A stretch of DNA of 64,000 bases from Candidatus Faecousia excrementigallinarum. Lineage in GTDB: Bacteria; Bacillota; Clostridia; Oscillospirales; Oscillospiraceae. The stretch is from NCBI GenBank assembly GCA_018713285.1, contig DVFK01000107.1, positions 2,715 through 66,714 of the forward strand, written 5' to 3'. Shown in pieces: positions 47,286 through 56,487 of this stretch. Within the stretch, counting starts at the first letter, position 1, and the number at the start of each line of letters is the position of its first letter. Made by a program: the position numbers and the translations under genes. The notes below the pieces were generated by a model. The model saw nothing but the letters and a program-made list of their open reading frames with translations. It had not been told where the DNA came from and ran no database searches.

Positions 47286-48548
47286 GTGTATCAGCCCCTT
47301 GCAGATTTGCTTCGTCCGACCACTTTGGACGAGGTGTATGGGCAGGAGCATATTCTGGGGAAGCAGGGCGTCTTGCGCCGGCTCATTGACTCCGGAAACA
47401 TCCCCAATATGATTTTCTATGGCCCCAGCGGCACGGGAAAGACCACCGTTGCCAACATTATCGCCAAGCAGACCAACCGCACCTTGTACCAGCTCAATGC
47501 CACCACCGCCTCCACCGGAGACATTAAAAACATTGTGGCCCAGCTGGATACCTTCATGGCCCCCAACGGAGTGCTTTTGTATCTGGACGAGATTCAGTCC
47601 TTTAACAAAAAGCAGCAGCAAACCCTGCTGGAATACATCGAAAACGGAAAGATTACCCTCATTGCCTCCACCACGGAGAATCCCTATTTCTATGTGTTCA
47701 ATGCTATCCTCAGCCGTTCCACCGTGTTTGAGTTCAAGCAGATTTCCCGGGAGGCGGCGCTGCAAGCCATCCGCCGGGCGGTGGCCTTTTTGGAGAAGCG
47801 GACAGCCCTCACCGCCCAGCCGGAGGAAGGGGCGCTGGAATACATCGCCGGAGCCTGCGGCGGGGATTTGCGGAAGGCCATGAATGCGGTAGAGGTGCTG
47901 TTCTCCGTGGGGATTCCCCAGGGGGACAAGCTCCCCATAACCCTCTCCGATGCCCAGGCGGTGACCCAGAAAAGCGCCATGCGGGCAGACCGGGACGGGG
48001 ACAACTTTTACGATTTGCTCTCCGCTCTGCAAAAGTCCATCCGGGGCTCCGACCCGGATGCGGCGGTTCATTACCTGGGACGGCTTCTGGAGGCGGGGCA
48101 GATGCAGTCTGCCTGCCGGCGGCTCATGGTGATTGCGGCGGAGGATGTGGGACTGGCATACCCCATGGTGATTCCCATTGTGAAGTCCTGCGTGGATATG
48201 GCTCTCATGCTGGGAATGCCGGAGGCCCGGATTCCCCTGGGGGATGCGGCGGTGCTCATGGCCACCTCTCCCAAGTCCAACTCCGGTCACATCGCTCTGG
48301 ATGAGGCCATGGCGGACATCCGCAAGGGCCGGGGCGGAGATTTCCCCCGGCATTTGCAGAATGTCCACGCCGATACCTATACCATGGAGCGGGAGCAGGG
48401 CTACCTGTATCCTCACGACTTCCCCAACCATTGGGTCAAGCAGCAGTACCTGCCGGACGATCTGGTGGGGACGGTGTACTACCATTACGGCAGCAACAAG
48501 CTGGAGCAGGCCGCCAAACAGTACTGGCAGGCCATTAAGGGGGAATGA
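47286..48548 (+). CDS. rarA: replication-associated recombination protein A (RarA/MgsA)
   Basis: PLADLLRP, GPSGTGKTT, DEIQ, TTENP, SALQKSIRGSDPDAA, SPKSNS and YLYPHD motifs; start may be 47265. Confidence 0.95.
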   Translation: MYQPLADLLRPTTLDEVYGQEHILGKQGVLRRLIDSGNIPNMIFYGPSGTGKTTVANIIAKQTNRTLYQLNATTASTGDIKNIVAQLDTFMAPNGVLLYLDEIQSFNKKQQQTLLEYIENGKITLIASTTENPYFYVFNAILSRSTVFEFKQISREAALQAIRRAVAFLEKRTALTAQPEEGALEYIAGACGGDLRKAMNAVEVLFSVGIPQGDKLPITLSDAQAVTQKSAMRADRDGDNFYDLLSALQKSIRGSDPDAAVHYLGRLLEAGQMQSACRRLMVIAAEDVGLAYPMVIPIVKSCVDMALMLGMPEARIPLGDAAVLMATSPKSNSGHIALDEAMADIRKGRGGDFPRHLQNVHADTYTMEREQGYLYPHDFPNHWVKQQYLPDDLVGTVYYHYGSNKLEQAAKQYWQAIKGE

Positions 48549-48736
48549 CCATGGATGTGCAGGTAGGGGATACCCTGGTGATGAAGAAGCCCCACCCCTG
48601 TGGGGAGAAAAAGTGGCTGGTGCTGCGCACCGGGGCGGATTTCCGCCTCCGCTGCCTGGGGTGCGGCCACGAGGTGATGATTGACCGCTTCAAGGCGGAG
48701 AAAAATATCCGGCAAATTCTGCGCCCGGAGAAATAA
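48545..48736 (+). CDS. DUF951 family protein
   Basis: VGD..MKKPHPCG..W...RTGADFRLRCLGCGH. Confidence 0.92.
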   Translation: MTMDVQVGDTLVMKKPHPCGEKKWLVLRTGADFRLRCLGCGHEVMIDRFKAEKNIRQILRPEK

Positions 48737-48748
48737 TCGACAGCAATG

Positions 48749-48783
48749 TCCGGCAGCCGATGGATTCGGCTGCCGGATTTTTT
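48749..48783 (+). terminator. intrinsic terminator
   Basis: tccggcagccga/tcggctgccgga followed by a T-run. Confidence 0.8.
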
Positions 48784-48911
48784 ACAACCGGGAAGGCGTT
48801 GGGAGAAACCCCTCTGCCTCTGGGAATTCCTGGTGCCCCAGAGCCCCTTTTCTTTGACTGGATTTGAAAGGGACAGGGTGTATACTGTGGGCATGGAAGG
48901 GGGGACAGGAG

Positions 48912-49679
48912 TTGACGGTGTATCTGGATGTGGTTCTGCTTTTGAATTTTTTGGTGGATTTTCTCCTGCTTTTGGGGACAAACCGACTGATGGGCCACCC
49001 TTTGGAGCCGGGAAAGTGCGCCTTGGGGGCGCTCCTGGGAAGCGTGTACGCAGGAGCCTGTATGTTTCCCCGGCTTCGGTTTCTGGGGAGTTGGCTGTGG
49101 CGGCTGGTAAGCCTTTGGGCCATGGGGTGTATTGCCTACGGCCTGAACCAGAGCGCCCTTCGCAGAAGCCTGGTGTTCGCTTTCCTGAGCTTTGCTCTGG
49201 GGGGACTGATGCTGTGCCTGGGAGGCGGCGGCTTCTTTACGGTGGGAGCGGCAGCGGCAGGGCTGTGCCTTTTGTGCATGGTGTGCTTCGGAGGCAAGCT
49301 GGGAAGCCAAACCCTTGTGCCGGTGGAACTGACCTATGGGGACAGAATGCTGCACCTCACGGCCCTGCTGGACACGGGAAACACCCTGAAAGACCCCCTC
49401 ACCGGAAGACCTGTGCTGGTGGTGAACGCCCAGGCGGCGGAAAAACTCACAGGCCTTACCCGGGAGCAGCTGCGGCGGCCGGTGGAATCCATGGGGACGA
49501 TTCCCGGACTCCGGCTGATTCCCTATGAGGCGGTGGGACAATCCGGGGGGATGCTCCTGGGACTGCGGCTGGGGCAGGTGCGGATTGGGAAGTGGACAGG
49601 AAGCGGATTGGTGGCATTCGCCCCGGAGGGACTCAGCGGCCGGGACGGATACCAGGCGTTGACAGGAGGTATGGTATGA
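48912..49679 (+). CDS. spoIIGA: pro-sigma-E processing aspartic protease SpoIIGA
   Basis: (M)[12 protein letters not shown], multiple TMs, catalytic LDTGN.LKDPLTG and RLIPY; directly upstream of sigE. Confidence 0.92.
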   Translation: MTVYLDVVLLLNFLVDFLLLLGTNRLMGHPLEPGKCALGALLGSVYAGACMFPRLRFLGSWLWRLVSLWAMGCIAYGLNQSALRRSLVFAFLSFALGGLMLCLGGGGFFTVGAAAAGLCLLCMVCFGGKLGSQTLVPVELTYGDRMLHLTALLDTGNTLKDPLTGRPVLVVNAQAAEKLTGLTREQLRRPVESMGTIPGLRLIPYEAVGQSGGMLLGLRLGQVRIGKWTGSGLVAFAPEGLSGRDGYQALTGGMV

Positions 49680-50386
49680 TGAGATGGCTTGTGTGGTTGC
49701 TGCGGAAAATGGGACTTCTTTCTTCCGGCAGGGTGTATTATATCGGTGGCGCCGATGTGTTGCCCCCACCCCTGAAAGGGGAGCAGGAGCAAAAAGCTCT
49801 GGAAGCCCTGGAGGCCGGGGAGGAGAGCGCCAAGCAGCTGCTCATTGAGCGGAATCTGCGGCTGGTGGTATTCATTGCCCGGCGGTTTGAAAATACCGGG
49901 GTGAACCTGGAGGACTTGATTTCCATTGGCACTATTGGTCTTATCAAGGCCATCAGCACCTACCGCCGGGACAAGAATATCAAGCTGGCCACCTATGCCT
50001 CCCGGTGCATCGAAAACGAGATTCTCATGCACATCCGGAAAATCGCCAACCAAAAGACGGAGGTCTCCCTGGATGAGCCCATCAACATGGACTATGACGG
50101 CAACGAACTGCTCCTTTCGGACATCCTGGGAACGGACGAGGACATGATTCTGCGGCCTTTGGAGGATGATGTGGATTTGCGGCTGCTGCGCCAGGCGGTG
50201 CAGGAGCTTCCGGAGCGGGAGCGGCAGATTGTGGGGATGCGCTTCGGCCTGTGGGGCCAGCAGGAGCTGACCCAGAAGGAGGTGGCCCAGAAAATGGGTA
50301 TCTCCCAGTCCTATATCTCCCGGCTGGAAAAGCGGATTATGCTCCGTCTGCGGAAAGAGCTGATGAAACAGACCAGCTGCGTATGA
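49676..50386 (+). CDS. sigE: sporulation sigma factor SigE
   Basis: Pro-sequence, [36 protein letters not shown] and [14 protein letters not shown] motifs. Confidence 0.96.
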   Translation: MMRWLVWLLRKMGLLSSGRVYYIGGADVLPPPLKGEQEQKALEALEAGEESAKQLLIERNLRLVVFIARRFENTGVNLEDLISIGTIGLIKAISTYRRDKNIKLATYASRCIENEILMHIRKIANQKTEVSLDEPINMDYDGNELLLSDILGTDEDMILRPLEDDVDLRLLRQAVQELPERERQIVGMRFGLWGQQELTQKEVAQKMGISQSYISRLEKRIMLRLRKELMKQTSCV

Positions 50387-50478
50387 AAGTTTCCCATTTC
50401 CCCCTTGCAAAATGAAAAAACCTGTGATACAATCGATAAAAATAGTATCGATATAGAAAGTACGAAAGGTGTTTTACC

Positions 50479-51117
50479 ATGGAGCGAAAAGAAGTTTCCA
50501 AGTCCGTTCTCAAACGGCTTCCCAGCTATCTGGCGTACCTCAAGACCATCCCGGAGGATGCCTCTCCCTATATTTCTGCCACCGCCATGGCCAACGCCCT
50601 GGGGATGGGCGAGGTGCAGGTCCGGAAGGATCTGGCCCTGGTGTCCGACGGCGGCCGTCCCAAAATCGGGTATCTCCGGGAGGGGCTCATGGAGGATATC
50701 AGCCAGTTTCTGGGCTATGACAATACAACAGATGCCATTTTGGTGGGTGCCGGCAAGCTGGGGCAGGCTCTGCTGGGTTACAGTGGCTTTGAGGCCTACG
50801 GCCTGAACATCCTGGCAGCCTTTGATACAAGCCCCAAGGCGGAGAAAACGGTGGACGGCAAGCCCATCATCCCCATGGAGCGGATGGAGAGCTTCTGCCG
50901 CACCAACAAGGTGCTCATGGGCATCATCACCGTGCCGTCGGAACACGCCCAGGAGGTTTGCGACCGGATGATTGCCTGCGGAATCAAGGCCATCTGGAAC
51001 TTTGCCCCGGTGCACCTGGATGTGCCCGGGAACATCCTGGTGCAGAACGAGAACATGGCGACCTCTCTTGCAGTGCTGTCCATGCACCTGCAAGCCCAAA
51101 TTAAGGAAAAGAAGTAA
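50479..51117 (+). CDS. rex: redox-sensing transcriptional repressor Rex
   Basis: KRLPSYL, QVRKDL, GAGKLGQAL and IWNFAP motifs; TTGCAA-17-TACAAT promoter at 50405-50433. Confidence 0.93.
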   Translation: MERKEVSKSVLKRLPSYLAYLKTIPEDASPYISATAMANALGMGEVQVRKDLALVSDGGRPKIGYLREGLMEDISQFLGYDNTTDAILVGAGKLGQALLGYSGFEAYGLNILAAFDTSPKAEKTVDGKPIIPMERMESFCRTNKVLMGIITVPSEHAQEVCDRMIACGIKAIWNFAPVHLDVPGNILVQNENMATSLAVLSMHLQAQIKEKK

Positions 51118-51280
51118 GGGAAGCCCTGCACCAATCGTCTGCGGCTGGGTAGCGGATCTTTTTCGCCATCCATGCAGAATGAAAAACAGGAAATACACAA
51201 AGTATTCCGCTGTTTTCCATTCTTTTGTCTGACGAAAAATCTCTCGCTACCGGCTCTTGCCGATTGGTGCAGGACTTCCC
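51118..51280. mobile_element. 163 bp palindromic element with 20 bp terminal inverted repeats (MITE-like)
   Basis: gggaagccctgcaccaatcg / cgattggtgcaggacttccc (19/20 match) with nested internal stems; no convincing ORF. Confidence 0.6.
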
Positions 51281-51287
51281 GAATATT

Positions 51288-51320
51288 TAGACCGAAGCGG
51301 CGAAATGCTGCTTCGGTCTT
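51288..51320. terminator. hairpin, probable terminator between convergent rex and nitroreductase
   Basis: agaccgaagcggc/gctgcttcggtct stem. Confidence 0.6.
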
Positions 51321-51324
51321 GCAT

Positions 51325-51855
51325 TTAGTCCATATAGGTGACCAGTTCTTCCAAGGACTTTCTTTTCTTCACCCGGGGTGCATCCTTTTCTCCGGGATAG
51401 CCCAGGGCGATCACCAGCCGCACCGCATCGGGCAAATTGCAGATGTTGCGGATTTTGCCGTCGTCCAGCCAGCCCAAAATACAGGAGCCTATCCCCTGGG
51501 CGGTGGCTTCTGCGGTGAGATAGGCGGCGGCAATCCCGATGTCCATGGAGCGGTAGTCGTTCTTTTTCAGCTTGGCTCCCAGGGCGGCGGACTTGGAGTA
51601 GGCATCCTGGGAAATGACAATCAGCACCGGCACATCCTTGGCAAAGCCGTTGATTCCCATGCCGGTGACGGCACCGGCTACCTTCCGGGCGGTTTCCCCC
51701 CGGCAGACGGTGAGGTGGTAGGGCTGAGAGTTGCAGGCGGAGGGTGCCAGCCGCACCGCTTCCAGCACCGCCTGGAGCTTTTCCTCTTCCACAGGACGGT
51801 CCGGGTTATAGCTGCGGCAGGACTGCCGAATTTTAGCGATTTCTAAAAAGTTCAT
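51325..51855 (-). CDS. nitroreductase family protein
   Basis: RQSCRSY, LAPSACNSQP, DIGIAA..GIGSCILG and IALGYP motifs; GGAGG RBS. Confidence 0.92.
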   Translation of the reverse strand: MNFLEIAKIRQSCRSYNPDRPVEEEKLQAVLEAVRLAPSACNSQPYHLTVCRGETARKVAGAVTGMGINGFAKDVPVLIVISQDAYSKSAALGAKLKKNDYRSMDIGIAAAYLTAEATAQGIGSCILGWLDDGKIRNICNLPDAVRLVIALGYPGEKDAPRVKKRKSLEELVTYMD

Positions 51856-51880
51856 AAGTGCCTCCCATGGCCAACACGAA

Positions 51881-51966
51881 TAGATCAAGAATAAAGATTT
51901 GACCCTTGACTGATGTGCCTTCCGCAACCTCCAGCCAAGGGTCAAATCTGTTCACTCTTGATATCT
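51881..51966. repeat. REP-like long inverted repeat
   Basis: agatttgacccttg (51895-51908) / caagggtcaaatct (51936-51949), extended by imperfect pairing. Confidence 0.65.
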
Positions 51967-52340
51967 AACATCCGTGTGTAACCTCGCTTTCTACAGATTT
52001 CCTACGCCACATTTCCTTGCTGAATCCCATTTCCTCCACACAAATCATCTAAAATTTTCATACAGTATGCTCATAAGTGAGCGGCCGATATGTGGGAAAC
52101 TATCCAAACCGGAAATACGGTTTCGGTTTTCCTGCAGCGACCTTGCTGCAAGTAGAGGAGCTTTACCTCTGCATCGGTATCACCCTTTCTGACTATAATG
52201 TACCACAGGGGCAGGAGAATTGCAATAGGGAATACTGTAAGAAAAAGATACCATAAACTTGTATAAAACATAGAAATACAGAAGAATCAGAAACATATCT
52301 TGACTTTTCTGCGAATAATCTGCTACAATGACAGTGATGC

Positions 52341-52372
52341 GGCCCGGTGCGTAAGCACCGGGCCTTTTCCTT
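52341..52372. terminator. intrinsic terminator at the 3' end of the ROK kinase gene
   Basis: ggcccggtgc-gtaa-gcaccgggcc; T-run on the plus strand. Confidence 0.75.
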
Positions 52373-53310
52373 TAATTCAACACCATGGAGGCGGCGCCGT
52401 AGATACCGGCGTCATTGCCCAGGCTTGCCAGGGTAAACTGGGTGTCGGCACAGCCGAAGAACACATTCTCCCGGAAATACTTCTGCACCACATCCAGAAT
52501 AATCTGACCGGCCTTGGACACGCCGCCGCCGATGACGAAAATCTCCGGATTGATGATGGCAGCAATGTTGGCAAGAGCAGTGCCCAGAATCTGACCAAAC
52601 TGGTCTACCACCTGCAAAGCCAGGGCGTCCTGGGCCTTGGCACAGTCAAAAACGTCCTTGGCGGTGAGGTTTTCACACTGACGCATGGCACTGGTCTCGT
52701 CGGAACGGCACAAAAGCTCCTTGGCCAGCCGGACAATGCCGGTGGCAGAGGCATACTGCTCCAGGCAGCCGTACTTGCCGCAGCCGCAGGGGATGGTCTC
52801 GTTGTCCTTTACCTTCATGTGCCCGATTTCACCGGCTGCGCCGGAGAAGCCGGTGACAATCCGGTTGTCAATCACCACACCGCCGCCCACACCGGTGCCC
52901 AGGGTGAGCATCAGGGCGCTGGAACGGCCTACGGCGCTGCCCATCCACTGCTCTCCCAACGTTGCCACATTCACATCGTTTCCGGCCTTTACCGGAAGTC
53001 CGGTGAGCTGGTTCAGCACTTGGGCCACGGGATATTTGGACCAGCCCAGATTGGCAGCACCTACTGCAATTCCGTCCCCGGTGACGGGGCTGGGAACGCC
53101 TACGCCGATGCCCAGCACATCCTGGGTGGGGATGCCCATTTCCGCAATCTTCCCCAGAACGGCCTTGGCCACATCCTCCAGAATGTGGCTGCCCTTGTCC
53201 CGGGTGTCGGTTTTGATTTCCCACTTGGTAAGCAGTTCTCCGGTGGTTTCAAACACACCCAGCTTGCAGGCGGTGCCGCCCACATCCACGCCAATGACAT
53301 ATTTCTTCAT
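52372..53310 (-). CDS. ROK family glucokinase
   Basis: GVDVGGT, NDVNVA..GE, TLGTGVGGG and GEIGH..CGCG..GCLE motifs. Confidence 0.92.
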   Translation of the reverse strand: MKKYVIGVDVGGTACKLGVFETTGELLTKWEIKTDTRDKGSHILEDVAKAVLGKIAEMGIPTQDVLGIGVGVPSPVTGDGIAVGAANLGWSKYPVAQVLNQLTGLPVKAGNDVNVATLGEQWMGSAVGRSSALMLTLGTGVGGGVVIDNRIVTGFSGAAGEIGHMKVKDNETIPCGCGKYGCLEQYASATGIVRLAKELLCRSDETSAMRQCENLTAKDVFDCAKAQDALALQVVDQFGQILGTALANIAAIINPEIFVIGGGVSKAGQIILDVVQKYFRENVFFGCADTQFTLASLGNDAGIYGAASMVLN

Positions 53311-53328
53311 AAAGATACCTCTTTTCCC

Positions 53329-54609
53329 TTATTTTTCCAAAGAATGTATGTACTGCTGCAAATCCACAACGGTGCCGGTTTCCCGGGCCTGTTCCGCTGC
53401 AAACACAATCAGGTGGTTGTCCACGGAGACGGCAACATCCGAGACAGAGCACCCCGGGCCCCCGCCGGTGAGGTACTGATAAAGGGATTCGATAATCCCC
53501 TCGTCTCCGCCGCCGTGACCACCGGAGATGCCGTCTTTCCCGGTGATGGGAATTTCCTGGGTGGTGCGGCTTTCAAAATCATACAGGCGGATGGGTTCTC
53601 CCGTGCCATCCAACGCCGCCCGCAGCTCTCCCTTGGTGCCCATAATGTGGATGAACCGTCCGCCCCGATTGAAGGCGCACATGGTAAAGGTGACGGTCAC
53701 CCCATCTTCAAACAGCAGATTCACCGTCTGGTGGTCCACCACATCGTTGTCGCACCGGAATACGCATTTTCCGTATTGGGTGGTGCGCAGGGCTTGCGCA
53801 ATCATTTCATCGGTGGGGTCTGCCTGCCGGGCGCAGGTGGTGCGGAACCAGTCGTTTTTCTTGTCCTCCAGGTACAGCTTCACAGCGTTGTAGGGGCACG
53901 TATCTCCCTGAGGGCAGCCGTCCATGCAACGTTCAGGTGCACCTTCCGGGGCGTTTTCCTGGCGGAAATACTGTAAGGAGCCAAAGGACTGAACCTTCCG
54001 GCACTTTTTTCCAATGAGCCATTGGAGAATGTCCAGGTCGTGACAGGATTTTTGCAGGAGCATACAGGAGGAGCGGCCTGCATTTCCCCAGTTGCCCCGG
54101 ACGAAGCTGTGGCTCTGGTGCACATTGCCCACACATTCCTCGTGGTTGATAGAGACAATCTGCCCCAGCCGCCCTTCCGCAATCAGGGCTTTCAACGTGG
54201 TAAAGAAGGGGGTGTAGCGCAGCACGTGGCACACCACCACCTTCACACCCATTTTTTCTGCGTGGCGGGCGATTTTCAGGCAGGACTGGGGGTCCGGTGC
54301 CACAGGCTTTTCCAAAAGAATCTGATAGCCCAAAGAAATGGCAGCCATTGCCGGCTCCAGGTGCTGCTGGTCCATGGTGCAAATGAGGGCCACATCGGCG
54401 CATTTGCCCAGGGCCAGCAAATCCTTCCAGTGGGAAAAGCACATTTCTTCCGGGATGTTGTGCCGCAGACGAATCTGCTCCCGGCGGCTTTCAATGGGCT
54501 CAGCCACTCCCACTACCTGAAACTGCTGGGGCATCTGGGCCATGATATTGGTATAGGTTTCTCCCCGGTTTCCTGCGCCGATGAGAATCACGGAAAGTTT
54601 TTTGCTCAT
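53329..54609 (-). CDS. Gfo/Idh/MocA family oxidoreductase
   Basis: GAGNRG, LLEKP, HVLRY, HSFVRGNW, KSCHDLD and GHGGGD motifs. Confidence 0.9.
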   Translation of the reverse strand: MSKKLSVILIGAGNRGETYTNIMAQMPQQFQVVGVAEPIESRREQIRLRHNIPEEMCFSHWKDLLALGKCADVALICTMDQQHLEPAMAAISLGYQILLEKPVAPDPQSCLKIARHAEKMGVKVVVCHVLRYTPFFTTLKALIAEGRLGQIVSINHEECVGNVHQSHSFVRGNWGNAGRSSCMLLQKSCHDLDILQWLIGKKCRKVQSFGSLQYFRQENAPEGAPERCMDGCPQGDTCPYNAVKLYLEDKKNDWFRTTCARQADPTDEMIAQALRTTQYGKCVFRCDNDVVDHQTVNLLFEDGVTVTFTMCAFNRGGRFIHIMGTKGELRAALDGTGEPIRLYDFESRTTQEIPITGKDGISGGHGGGDEGIIESLYQYLTGGGPGCSVSDVAVSVDNHLIVFAAEQARETGTVVDLQQYIHSLEK

Positions 54610-54739
54610 GACGGTTTCCTTTCTTTCTCTTGTAACCTTATTATACATATTTCCCCGTACAAATCAATAGAGGGGGAAAGTCCTGGCGCTTTTTTCTTGC
54701 ATCCTGCCGCCGGGAGTGGTAGGATAAAGAAAAGGAGGA

Positions 54740-55834
54740 ATGAAAATGAAAATCCATGTAGGAGCGGGTGGCATCCGCCATTGGTACGTTTATGCCGGAA
54801 TTGGCCTGGCAGCCCTTGTGGGACTGGCCCTTTTGCTGCTGCTGGGGCTTCTCATATACTTGACGGTGACGGAGTACAAGCCCCAGGCGGAGGAACCGGC
54901 CTGGCAGTTGGAACAGGGAAATCCCACCGCCTACCAAGGGGAGGCTTTGAAGGTGCTCTCCTGGAATACAGGCTATGCCGGCCTGGGTGCGGAGGCGGAT
55001 TTCATCCTGGACGGAGGTACCCAGGGCACCCCGGAAAGTGAATCCCTGGTAAGCAAAAACGAGGAAGGCATTGCCAAAGTGCTGGAGAACGTGCAGGCGG
55101 ATATCTACCTTTTGCAGGAGGTGGACCAGGATTCCGGGCGTACCTACCACCACAACCAGTGGGAGCGCTACGGCCAGACTTTGGGGGACTACCAGTCCTG
55201 CTTCGCCCTGAATTATAAATGCGGATTCGTCCCCTTCCCGGTGACGGACCCCATCGGGGCAGTCAGCTCCGGCCTTGCCACGTACAGCCGCTACACCCTG
55301 TCAGATTCGGTGCGCCAGAGCCTGCCGGTGCCCTTCTCCTGGCCGGTACGGGCAGCCAACCTGAAGCGGTGCCTGCTGGTCTCCCGGATTCCTGTGGAGG
55401 GAACGGACAAGGAACTGGTGATTGTAAACCTCCACCTGGAAGCCTATGACGATGGAGAAGGCAAGGCTGCCCAGACCCAGCAGCTGACAAACCTTCTGAT
55501 AGAGGAATATGAAAAGGGGAACTTCATGATTGCCGGCGGGGACTTCAACCAATTCTTTGCCGGAAGCAACCAGGAGATCAAACCCACCAGCCAGTGGGCA
55601 CCGGGCTACCTGGATGCTCTGCCGGAGGGCTGGGACTATCTGTATGACGACACCACCCCCACCTGCCGCCTGCTGAATCAGCCCTATGACCCGGCCAGCG
55701 ATTTGACCCAGTACTATGTGATTGACGGATTTATCGTGTCCCCCAATCTGGAGGTGCTGTCGGTGGAAACCCTGGACGAGGGCTTCACCTACAGCGACCA
55801 CAATCCGGTGCTTTTGCAGGTAAAACCCAAATAA
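54740..55834 (+). CDS. membrane-anchored endonuclease/exonuclease/phosphatase (EEP) family protein
   Basis: N-terminal TM, SWNTGY, LQEVD, NLHL, GGDFN, IDGF and SDHNPV motifs. Confidence 0.88.
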   Translation: MKMKIHVGAGGIRHWYVYAGIGLAALVGLALLLLLGLLIYLTVTEYKPQAEEPAWQLEQGNPTAYQGEALKVLSWNTGYAGLGAEADFILDGGTQGTPESESLVSKNEEGIAKVLENVQADIYLLQEVDQDSGRTYHHNQWERYGQTLGDYQSCFALNYKCGFVPFPVTDPIGAVSSGLATYSRYTLSDSVRQSLPVPFSWPVRAANLKRCLLVSRIPVEGTDKELVIVNLHLEAYDDGEGKAAQTQQLTNLLIEEYEKGNFMIAGGDFNQFFAGSNQEIKPTSQWAPGYLDALPEGWDYLYDDTTPTCRLLNQPYDPASDLTQYYVIDGFIVSPNLEVLSVETLDEGFTYSDHNPVLLQVKPK

Positions 55835-55876
55835 AAAAACCAGCAGAACAGAAAAACCTGTTCTGCTGGTTTTTTT
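55834..55876. terminator. bidirectional terminator
   Basis: aaaaaaccagcagaacag/ctgttctgctggttttttt. Confidence 0.85.
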
Positions 55877-56390
55877 ACCCTTCGCCCTGGAAATGCCCCA
55901 GGTATTTTTGGAAGATTTCTATGTGTCCTTCCTCCTCCTGAATGATTCGCTCCAGCACAGCCTGAATATACCGGTCCTGAATCTGACGAATCCGCTGGCG
56001 GTAATTTGCAATGGCAGCTTTTTCTCCTCGAATATTCTCTTCCAGAAATTTGGTGACTTCCTGGGTGGGGGAGACGTAGCACCCTTCCCAGAAGCTGCAT
56101 CCGCCTACGGGACAGGTACGCAGCAGGGGATTTCCCCCCAGCAGTACAATCAGCTTTCCCAGCCGCTCCATGTGGTGCATTTCGGAGATGGAAATACGTA
56201 TTAAGTCCTTTGCCAGCTGCCTGTGGGTTTGCCCTGTGATGAGGTGTTGATATAAGTACTGGGTAGAAGCGGTCAGCTCACCGTCTTTTCCTGCATAGTC
56301 TGCCAGCAGGAGCCGGGCGTATTCCGGGTTTTTCCGCTCAATGCGGATGGGGGGCAGAGGGGGTTCCGGGGGACGACAGCGGTATTCCAT
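55875..56390 (-). CDS. ferritin-like di-metal protein (Mn-catalase/CotJC/rubrerythrin-like), probably sporulation-related
   Basis: GELTAS.QY.YQ, EMHH, GEKAAI..Y and EEEGH ligand motifs; upstream CATATACT sigK/E-type -10. Confidence 0.8.
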   Translation of the reverse strand: MEYRCRPPEPPLPPIRIERKNPEYARLLLADYAGKDGELTASTQYLYQHLITGQTHRQLAKDLIRISISEMHHMERLGKLIVLLGGNPLLRTCPVGGCSFWEGCYVSPTQEVTKFLEENIRGEKAAIANYRQRIRQIQDRYIQAVLERIIQEEEGHIEIFQKYLGHFQGEG

Positions 56391-56487
56391 AATGCGCCTC
56401 CTAAAAGGGATGGATACCCAGGAGTATATGCTCTCCCCGGAAAGAATAGAACTGCCCGGTATCCCCAAAGGGATACCGGGCAGATAA

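Noticed and set aside
45279-48485. 1068-aa minus-strand ORF
   Set aside because: Antisense shadow of the COG0523 pair and rarA, caused by high GC3 codon bias; no recognisable motifs.
50419-50455. Rex operator upstream of rex
   Set aside because: Only a weak half-match to TTGTGAAnnnnTTCACAA; the sequence is explained by an extended -10 promoter.
52300-53976. 558-aa plus-strand ORF
   Set aside because: Antisense to the ROK kinase and oxidoreductase genes; its start lies within a promoter-like sequence and it crosses a terminator.
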